Shown here in pieces: positions 11,735 to 21,900 of a DNA stretch of 64,000 nt (positions within the stretch are counted from its first letter, which is position 1; each line of letters starts with the position of its first letter). The notes under the pieces were generated by a model. It did no database searches and had not been told where the DNA came from. It saw nothing but the letters and a program-made list of their open reading frames with translations. The stretch is from Paragordius varius (Eukaryota > Animalia > Nematomorpha): NCBI GenBank assembly GCA_964247055.1, contig OZ176056.1, positions 5,394,001-5,458,000 on the forward strand. The letters run 5' to 3'. The translations under genes were made by a program, and so were the position numbers.

Positions 11735-12269
11735 CTTAAATATTAGTTAGAGTGAAATAATTAATAATTTACATCGTTATATTAATAGAACATTATTAAT
11801 AAAATGCGAGGTCTATTGAAGAATATATTGCAAAAAAGGGTTTTGCAGTCAAAAATTATACCCTTATAGCCTCATAATCAAACGCTATTTTCTTGTTTTA
11901 TAATTCACAAAAGCGTTTTTATAATTGAGAAAATATTCTTGATTGGGTAAATTATAAATTAATCGGAATATCAATCAAACTTTTTCAAATGTTCGGGAAA
12001 ACGTTTTGATTGACTGGGAAAACGTTTAGTTCGGTTAGAAAATTTCGATTCATATGATTATTAAACAAAATATATGAATAACAGTATGATTACACATTTA
12101 TTTTATGAACTAGATTTTATCACTATATTTGGGAGTCGACTAATCTAAACTTTGTTTTAGATATCAAAACAGGAGATTAATTACTTTACGGTGTAATTTA
12201 TTTTGGGTTTAGAGCATTTTTAACATTATGCACCTACTAAATTAATATACAATGGTGTTAGTTCTTGCC

Positions 12270-12524
12270 AAAATTCCGAAATATCAAATTGTTTTAGAGA
12301 AGCAATATTATTTTAATGTTAAAGCTAAAAAATGGTAAGGAAACCGATGGATAATGGGCCGTGTTTTTAACACCCTCTGTAATGTACTACCTTAATTGTG
12401 AAATTTCGAAATAGGAAAATTGTTTTAGGGCAGCAATATTATTTAATGTCAAAGCTATAGAAATGGTTAGGAAACCGATGGATAATATGCCGTGTTTTTA
12501 ACACTCTGTGTAATGTACTACCTT
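12270..12524. repeat. ~131-bp diverged direct tandem duplication (also ~34050-34305 and ~57245-57500)
   Basis: gtactacctta at 12384 and 12515; aaatggt(a/t)aggaaaccgatggataat occurs twice. Confidence 0.9.
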
Positions 12525-12529
12525 ATTTG

Positions 12530-12790
12530 TTTTATTTGGCATTCTCACATGATTAGGAATTATAAAGTATATAATTTATGCAAAATAGGAGATAAAAGTA
12601 GAGGAATATCAACCAAAAATCCTTACAATTTCCTGTAACAAGTCTGTTTTATGACAAATTAATATATTTGTATTGGAATTCGTACGGATTGTTGGTTGAT
12701 ATTCCACTATACAATCCTATTTTGCATGAATCCCTCATTTAAGAATCCGAATAAACACTCAAATACACTCATGAACCAGATGACAAAAAA
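12530..12790. repeat. Imperfect palindrome formed by head-to-head copies of a ~150-190-bp element S (also ~18490-18750, 34310-34585, 39875-40125, 57510-57770, 63100-63360; solo inverted copy at ~19135-19305 and 41005-41180)
   Basis: atgcaaaatagga..ggaatatcaaccaaaaatccttacaatttcc (12578-12633) pairs with the reverse complement of 12675-12727. tcatgaaccagatgacaaaaaa on + recurs as ttttttgtcatctggtttatga at 19143 and 41015. Confidence 0.85.
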
Positions 12791-13442
12791 AGCAAAAATA
12801 AAAAACAATATTTTTGGTTTTATTTTGATATAGAAGTTTATTTTTTTGAATAAAACATGAATGTTAAGATTTTAATATTGAGTTAAAAAATATTAAAAAA
12901 ATTATTTTAATATAGTTTCATTAAATTTTTAGTATTTTAGGTGGTATAAAAGAAAAACGCCATCTTTTTACCTGAAATTTTATAGAAATCTTAACTATAT
13001 GATTTTAGGCTATTTATAAATTGAAATTATCTCTTAAAATGATAATAAACGATATTATTTCAGATCATTATTTTTTGAAACCGATTTCGATTTTCTCTCA
13101 ATCTAGTTGGACAACAAATAAAAAATTTTGCGGCAAATAAATACGATGGTCAAAGCTATCTTATGAAAAGAGTATATATATATATACATATATATATATT
13201 CCTCTTTAATTGCAATTTATTGATTTCTTAATCAGAAACCAACAAATAAAGTGGTAATGAGCGATAAACTAAAAAATTATAACTTCTATGATAAATTTTT
13301 TAATAAAAAGTTAGTAGATATTTGGACTGCAAATACTAGGTAAATGTTATTATCAAATGATATTAAATTAATGCGAAATCATTAAAAAATTTATAAATGC
13401 AAAGATATGTAAAATATAAAATGTCTATGAATGTCTTTATAC

Positions 13443-13481
13443 CCATTCCACTTCCTAATGCTGGAGTTGTTACTTCAGGCA
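13443..13481 (-). CDS. Putative 39-nt phase 1-1 micro-exon (V)PEVTTPALGSGM(G); copies at 35267-35305 and 58474-58512
   Basis: aaacAG acceptor, GTATA/GTACA donor. A GC-richer island in AT-rich DNA, with a diverged paralog of identical length at 18932-18970. Confidence 0.65.
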
Positions 13482-13697
13482 CTGTTTTTATAAAAATATT
13501 TTGGAAATTAATTATAAAATCTACAAATTTGAATTTTGATTAAATTTAACATAAATTAATAAAAATTTGTCATTTTAAACAATAAAATATCATATTACAA
13601 TTCTTAGATTAATAATATACAGAACTAATGGAACAATATTAGGTATATATTAGCCATTTAATTTAGAAACGAGATGTTTTAAGGTATTTTATTACAT

Positions 13698-13704
<7 letters not shown>

Positions 13705-13740
<36 letters not shown>

Positions 13741-13932
13741 AAAATCTTTATATATGCATTTTTAAGCGACCTATCTTGATTTATTAAAATATCAGGAATA
13801 ATATCAATTATGTAAGATTGTGGTTATACAACCTTTTTTTTGCGAATGGTGTTATAAAAATGTATATGACGTTAAACCATTTAAATTTGTTTATATTATA
13901 TTTTTATAAATATTTTTCTTTAATTTAATATG

Positions 13933-13975
<43 letters not shown>

Positions 13976-13990
13976 CATACATACATACAA
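13705..13990. repeat. (TA)n and (TA)n(TACA)n microsatellites (others near 13165, 17015 and the equivalents in units 2 and 3)
   Basis: Directly visible; lengths differ between super-units. Confidence 0.95.
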
Positions 13991-15334
13991 ATATTGGTTT
14001 AATCATTTGTATATTTTCACTTTTGTCTCAATAATTTCAATATGATCACTACAACATTTTGATAATGTTTTTCACATTTTTTATACCTTATGTTTAACGT
14101 GGAGGCAGGGGCCGAAAAATGTCGCAAAATGTTGATCGTTAAGAAATAAGATATATAGATCAACTATGACGCTAAAAATATAAATTTTTTAGGCATTCAA
14201 TAGACGAATTACCATGGAAATGGTACCAAAACCTTATAGGGTAGATTTCCAATCAGTTTTTAGGATGTATTTACATTAGCGTGATGATATAGGAGGTAGG
14301 GCGACTGACTCATACACTGTGTGCCAGAGTTATCACCCCTAAACTACGCATTTCCATCATCACTGTCAGCCCTTTGTAAACGAGTGTTAATACAATTTAA
14401 ATCCTTACCCTTTATAAAAAGGGAAAAAAGAGATTCTAAACAGTATATTTTTTTATATTTTATATATATTATGTGATTCCCAAATTTTTCGGTTTAAGTG
14501 CTGCTGTTACACATTGCATGTTTCTCAAATAAGTTTCAATTGATACTACATTAAATTATATCACGGTACGCAACAAAAAATAAATGTTAATGATGTATTC
14601 GATATCTAAAAGCCTCAGGATAATAATATTATATATGGGGTAAAATACTAAAATAAAGTCAAATTTTTTCTCTTTTTAGCCATAATTAAAAAATGGCATT
14701 TTTATTGCCTTAACGTCTAGTATAATTTAATACAATAGATGAAAACACCAAAAATTAATTCTAATATAAAATTTTAAACGAAAATTATCATAAAGATTTT
14801 ACATTTTTTTCGGAGTGCCTCAGAAAATCTTATAAGAATATGAGCTAAAAATCGCGATTTGGCGTCATACTGGCATTAAACTTGTTAATATGCGGTAAAA
14901 GATTTTGATATTTATTAAAACAATCTTATAATTATATATAAAGTTTAACCAAATATAGCCTTTAAAAAAGTTTAAACCTTATATAAAAAAGAAATTTTTT
15001 GAACGTGTCAATGTGCAATTTTTTAGCTAATTGTAAATCTTTTAAGGTCCTCCGATAAAATTAGAAATTTTATTGATAATATTTTGCGTTTAAAAATATC
15101 CTTATATATTAAAAATATATAATTTAGTTGATGGGCTTTCATCTATAAAATTTAATTTTATTTGACAGGTTCATAAAGCCTAATACTTATTAAATAACGT
15201 TTTTAAGTATTTATTTACATTCAGTAATTTATTTATTACACCGAAACTTTTAGCTATCGAATGGTATATGATTCATTATCCTTTATTTTTGGACCCTTTT
15301 TTGCCGCATACTATATTTAAATAAATTAAATCAC

Positions 15335-15568
15335 CTGTAATATTAGCTTCACCGTAATACACAGTATTACCAAATTCTGAAGAGACAATTATGGTTACAT
15401 TGATGAGTCCAATCATATCGGTAATTATAGTAACACTAGTCGCATTCAGATTGGTATACAAAATTTTTCCTTCCCTGCTTACATTATACAGTGATATCCC
15501 ATCATTCGATTCCCAATCCATTTTGATAGAGGAGTCATTATTTATGGTCCAGTTTATTGGGAAATTTA
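15335..15568 (-). CDS. FN3-like beta-sandwich exon #1 (phase 1-1, 234 nt); lies inside the 150-aa ORF 15276-15728
   Basis: tttcAG acceptor and GTGATT donor are conserved in all three paralogs. Pattern SIKMDW..GISLYNV..TSVTI..NVTIIVS resembles FN3 strands B, C, E and F, with six N-x-S/T sequons. The domain call is by eye only. Confidence 0.7.
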
Positions 15569-15601
15569 CTGAAATATATAAATTATAAAATTTAGTAATA
15601 C

Positions 15602-15718
15602 TAGACATATTTATACATTGTTTGTTGTGTTTATAAATTTCGCTGCAAAAGTTTATTTTGTTATTTAGTATACATAAAATATAAGTTTTAAAAAGATTGT
15701 TTATTACAATATTCGATT
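15602..15718 (-). CDS. Possible upstream phase 1-1 exon (E)SNIVINNLFKTYILCILNNKINFCSEIYKHNKQCINMS, separated from FN3 #1 by a 33-nt GT-AG intron candidate
   Basis: tatAG acceptor, GTATTA donor, 117 nt, open frame. No diverged paralog supports it. Confidence 0.35.
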
Positions 15719-16075
15719 CTATATACAATCATAAGAGCAATTATTCGCTCTCTCAGTTATTTAATGGGTGAGTGTGTAAGATATAGGTTTGTTGGTATGC
15801 TTATTTTGAGTTAAATATTTTGCAATTGGGGTTAGAGAAAAAGTTACTGTTTTCAACGAAGTATCATGTTAGTATATTATACAAACATGATAAAACCTAA
15901 TACGATCATGTAAATGAAAACCCCCTCTAATTCAAATAACTGAAATGACCATTAATAGTTCTCTCTACTGCATATTAAAATCCTCATAAAAACTATTTTA
16001 CTTTTAACCAATTTTAGAGTAATTTAATCTGATATCGTTAATAGTAAAGCCCAAAAATACTTTTAAGTTTAGAAT

Positions 16076-16222
16076 AAAAATACTCACTATAAAATGTAAC
16101 ATTTCTCGTTCTTACCATTTGGATAGACTTATTTGGAAAAAATTGTCTAAGAATTAGTATTACTATTATAAGCATGTTTTTGCGAAATCAATTTTTAACA
16201 GACCGCGTTATGCCCACCCCTG
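16076..16222. mobile_element. Probable truncated hAT-type right terminus
   Basis: Ends gaccgcgttatgcccacccctg, whose reverse complement CAGGGGTGGGCA is a common hAT TIR start. No left TIR or TSD was found. Confidence 0.4.
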
Positions 16223-17011
16223 GTTTTATAATACTTAATTAGAAAATTTTCTAGAAAAAGGTCATTTTCATAAATCAGAAGTAAAAGTATGGCATATTTT
16301 AACGAAATAAACAAAATATGACCTATCTAAAAGAACCTATATTGTTGCACAGTATGCATTTGTATATTGTAATAAAAATATATTCATATTCTGTGTTCGT
16401 CATTTAAAATATTTATACATAATGTATCGATTTTAAGGTTAGAAGTATAGATTAAATAATTCTTGTAAATAGAGAAAGCACTAGCTTTCGAACATAATAT
16501 AATATACAATGTCAGTGTGTGTGTTTGTTTTATTTCAAACGCTTTAAAATGTCGAAAAATGGTACATACTCTTATAAGATTTTGTGAAATACCATTATAT
16601 TATGTCAGCTAATTAGCCATTTTAATTTAATTAAATATATATTACAGTCATGTATATGTAGAATTGACAGAAATTCGTTTTTAAATGATTATAATTTGCT
16701 TTTAATTGTTTTAATGTTTGATATGTCAACTTTCAACATCGCATTTTTAAGCATTAGAATAATAATAGCTTATTTATTGTAAACAATTAAAAACAAAGCA
16801 AAATCAATTAAAAACGTATATATGACAATTCTAAACATAGACTGTAACTAAAATTATTTAATAATGATATCCGCACAAAATTAATATTGTATATTATTAT
16901 TCATTGATGCAAAGTGACCCCAGAATTTTAAATCGTAATCTGAAATCTGTGATTTTACCATTAAAAATTGAAAACAAAAATTAAATATTTAACTTATATT
17001 TGATTTTTACG

Positions 17012-17046
<35 letters not shown>

Positions 17047-17334
17047 TAATTTAATTTAGCTTACTAATATTTTCTAGAAAAGGTATAAAAATATTAATAT
17101 AGTTTAATAAATACAATTATAAAATTAATATGCTTTGTAAGTTAATAAAAAATATAATTTAAATGTAGATAACACAATAGCTAAAATTGTGCATGTTGAT
17201 TAATATTATTTTTTGAGAAATTTGAAAATAATAACATTACTTTCACTAAGTTCTAAATTAGATAAATAATATTTGCATAAAAATTTTTAAATAAATGCAA
17301 AAAACTCTAAAATATACATATAAATATATATGTA

Positions 17335-18000
17335 CATTTCCTGAACAAAATGAAATAGTGAGATAAAATTAATGTTATAAATTTATAAATCAAACTCCAA
17401 ATTTAATCATAGATAAATTACAATAATAAAATTGGTGTTAATGCAAAAATGGTGTTTGAAATTTAATTTTATAGAAGATAATTTTACATATTAAATAAAC
17501 ATTACTAGTTATTATTTATAAATACCGTTAAAAACTATATATATTCTCTTGAAATGAACATATTATCAGCATCATCATCATTTTCTTTAAAGATAAAAAA
17601 ATTATATCAACAATAATATGAGTAACTCATTCAAAAAATCAGCAATTTATGTCAATACTTAGGAAAAATATTTCCTGAACAAAATAAAATAGTGCTCTTT
17701 TAAATGTTATGTTATAAATATAAATCAATCTCCAAATTAATTACAATAATAAAATTGGTATTAATGCAAAAATGTATATATGTTTGAAATTTAATAATAT
17801 TAGTTATTAATTGACAGATAGCATATACATACTGCTATCTGGCAATTATTAATGAAAAATACTGTTAAAAAAAATTATTGAAATGAACATACCATTAGCA
17901 TAATAATGTTTATCTAAAAAGACAATAAAATATATTATAATAACAATCTATACAAATGACGTTTAAATATGAGCAATTTATGTTAATAGTTGAGAAATAT
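17335..18000. repeat. ~330-bp diverged direct duplication (also ~38850-39380 and ~62085-62610)
   Basis: tttcctgaacaaaat..tacaataataaaattgg(t/g)ttaatgcaaaaat and gaaatgaacata each occur twice. Confidence 0.8.
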
Positions 18001-18931
18001 TAATTTCCAAAAAATTGGTTTTGTTCCATAAATGCAATTTTACTAATTTTTGTATCATTGAAAAAAAATTTATCTATCAGATTTGTATGAATTCGTGAGT
18101 GAAAATAAACACAAAAAACTGATTTTAAGCATTCATATATTTTTTAGCTTCCAGTTTAAGTTTCATCAAAGTAGCGCTTACTTTGATTCAAATTATTTTA
18201 ATAGCCCAGACTATATTTAAATTGATATTTCAAAACAACTACTGAATGAAATTGCCCTAATTTAAATTTATGCTTCAATATGAATTATAAAAATAGGCCG
18301 AAATTTTTAAAATTTTTTTGAAAAAATCTATATTAAACTATTTTGACACCATTTTTATTTTACCAAATTGCAAAATATCGTATTTATTTGATTTTTAAGC
18401 TAATTTAAGTAAATTTGATTTATAACACACAAACATTGTCAGAAAAAATAGCTTAATTTACATTATTGTTATATTTAGCTAATAAACAAATGTAATGTTT
18501 TATTTAGAAATCCTGCATAAGTGGACTTATCAAGTATATAATTTATGATAAATAAATTCTTAAAGTAATGGAATATCAACGACCAATCCGTACAAATCCC
18601 TGTAACATGTTTCTACACAAATTAATATTTTTACTGGGATGTGTACGAATATTTGGTTGATTTTCCACTACTTTCCTATATTGCATAAATTTTATACTTT
18701 GATCTCCCACTCATGTAAGATCCCAAAATAAAACAGAAATTTTTTATACGCTCGCTGAATATCCTTAATTTTTACTTTTTGCCCTATTTCTATTATTTCA
18801 TTTAGGTCGCAAACAAATAATAGTTTTTACGGCAAATGAATAAGCTGTCATAATCTATAACAAAAAAAAATTTTTTTGTTAACAATTACAAAGATATCTA
18901 AAATATAAAATGTCTATAATTGTCATTATAC

Positions 18932-18970
18932 CCATTCCATTTCCTGCTGGAGTTGTTACTTTGGATGGCA
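18932..18970 (-). CDS. Putative 39-nt phase 1-1 micro-exon (V)PSKVTTPAGNGM(G); copies at 40303-40341 and 63533-63571
   Basis: aaacAG acceptor, GTATAA donor. Paralog of 13443-13481 with compensating 3-nt indels. Confidence 0.65.
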
Positions 18971-21900
18971 CTGTTTTTATAAAAATGAATTTGTGAATTT
19001 ATTATAAAATATATAAACTTCGCATAAATTTTTTAAGAATTTGTTATTAATCATAAAATACCATATTACAATTTTTAAATTCATAATATACTAGAGCTGA
19101 AAATGAAGAATGTTGTGTGTATTATATATCAAAATTTTCAATTTTTTTGTCATCTGGTTTATGAGTGTTATACTGTTTTATTTTGAAATCTTACATGAAA
19201 GGAATTATGTAGTATATAATTTTTGCAAAATAGCATTTAAAAGTAGTGCAATATTAACCATCAATCCGTGCAAATCCCAACAAAAATATTAATTTGTTTT
19301 AAAAAAGACATTCCATTTTCCATAGAGACTCAAATATTTTTTATATTAAAGCCCTATTCTGGTCAAATCTATATAATTATAACACGAACACGATATGAAT
19401 AAATACATTTTTTTAAATCATATATCATTCGAGAGCTAAAACCTTCTGGATAATAAATACAAATAAATATTCGTTTTAGGAAATAAAAAAACTCAAAAGC
19501 TAGGATTATCACGTAAAAGCTATCTGTAGGAATTATATTCATATAAACTTTATAGGGAAAAATATTTATTATATGGCGTTTAAAATTGAAACAAGCCTAA
19601 AATATTATCAATATTTGGACAAAATCGGATGTAGCGTATAATTATATTATTATTTCTGTATAACTCAAAAAAACACGACCATATTAATTTAATTTATCCA
19701 AAATTAAAAATTTTCGTGCGATTTCAGCTTTTGAACAGGGCTTTTAGGTATAAATTCTCTCTAAATAAATAATTGAATTAAAATTTCTGCTTGAATCGTA
19801 TAGAAATCGTTTGCATGATAATTATATCAAAGCTTTGGTACAAAATATATGATAAATCCCTTTCGGAGCAAAAATTTTTTTATTTTATATGGGCATTAAT
19901 CTTTTAAACACAATATATTGGATGTTTTATCCATATAGTATATATAAAAATTAAAATAAACAATTCAAATATGACGCTAAGTGCGTTTTGGTTTTTATAA
20001 TAAGACTTATAAACATATCTGAGAGGTTTGGATTTTTAATGATGAATAAAATTAAGTTGACGCGTTTTCACTAATATTTTTGATTTTATTTAAAATAACT
20101 TTTTCAGTATTTGAATCGTATCTTCATTCCCTAAAGCTTTTAGCTATCAAATAATATATAGTTGACAAACATATATTTAGAGCCCATTACTACCGCAGAG
20201 TGTTAACATTTTCGCTTTTTAATATTAGTCGATATCAATTCTCTTTGTTACATATGCCTCTCAAATTAACCAGAAATTTATACTCTCATGCTGTTATAAA
20301 TTATCGTATCATTAAAGCCTTTGTTTGCCTTATTGAACTTTTAAAAAGGATTCTGGTTTGGTTAGTTATTTAACACCAAATTTTGTACATTTTTTTAGCA
20401 AAGTTGTAAATTGAGTAAATGGAATTTTAAGCCGTTCATTAATTTAATGCGCATAAACCAATATATCTCTGAATTATTCATATAATATCAGAATCTCCTA
20501 CCTGTGTTGCAAATAATAAATATCTGGTAAGTAAAAATAATTTAATTGTTCTATACGAGATATATTTATAGTCTTTGCTTTTTCCACTAAGTAAAAAGCA
20601 TGAGTCTAATTTAATTGATTTCTTATCATAACACTATTGTTTTCCAGATTAACGGCAATCGATATATTGTTGTATGTTAAATTATATTTTAATTTATCTT
20701 GGTTCCATTTCAATGTTATGGATTCGTCATCATTAATAGTATAATTACATGTTGTGTCAATTAACCATTGTTAATAAAAAAATGATATTGTTAGAATTTT
20801 TTAAAAAATAACAAATAATATTGGTAGAAGAGCTTCATGTAATATCAAAAATTTAATTTCAATAATTTAATCTTCTATAAAGGGCACTTTATTTCAAGCA
20901 GCTGTTTTTGGGTGCATTTTAATATTATGGAAATTATTTAATAATATTCCATAATTTAAATTGGCTTGAATATCTTTGCATTTATAATTTGGGGTTAAAA
21001 GAAAACAGATTTTTAAGATTTAATACATAATTATTTACTAGGGAAAAATTCGAGTCCCCATCATTAATAAATGATTTAAAATTTTCTTAGAATAATGTAA
21101 TTTTGTTAGAAAGTATCAAATTAATTTTATTTCCTAAGTTGTTTAATACAATTAAATAGCTCTCTATTATAGCAATGGTTTTTAAATCTGTTATTAAATA
21201 AATATTTATAGTTTATTTGTATTCTGTGTACATAAAAAAAGAAACTGTCTTTTTCTTATTGATTTCTAGTTCAAACTGATTCAAAAAATTAGCTATCATT
21301 TATAGAGTTGTTTAAATGTTATTTTTCTCAAATTATAAAACTACCATTAATTCGGTTAAATTAGATTATAATATAATAAAATAGACGCCAGACTTTCATA
21401 AAATTGTAAAATTAAATTATGGCCACATTTATAGATATTAAATAATGAAAGTCAAATTTGAATTATATATAATTAATTATATAATTAAATAAATTACCCT
21501 CGAAAGCTAATAAAAACCTGGATTTGTTTTTAAACTTAAGCTGATTATTCTAACATTTAATTTATATTTTATATTTACTTAGCGTGTCATAAATTAGGGA
21601 CCGTTAAAAGTTTGAGGAGTTTATTTAGAATTACCTAGACTCGCGTTTAAATAAAATTACAAAAACGGTATTAAGCATAATTTCCAATATTTAGCTAAAT
21701 ATCTAATGGCCCCAAACTAACAATTTGGTAGCCATAAAGAAGTTATTAATTACACACATCAAAAGCTTAGAATGATAGTTTATCTCAGACCGCAGAAATA
21801 CTATGGATTGGACATAAACTATGTCTGGATGTCGTATGATGGATAAATTGGCTGGTACTATTTTTGTAAAGTTTATTTACTTTTTTAACAAAACACCGAA

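Noticed and set aside
14855-14888. ggcgtcatactggcattaaacttg-TTAA resembles a piggyBac-like terminus (similar hint at ~20190-20207)
   Set aside because: No matching opposite end or transposase remnant was found; too weak to call.
19305-21830. Spacer region between the FN3 block and the W module
   Set aside because: AT-rich with repeat-like phrases, but no exon, TIR pair or ORF could be supported.
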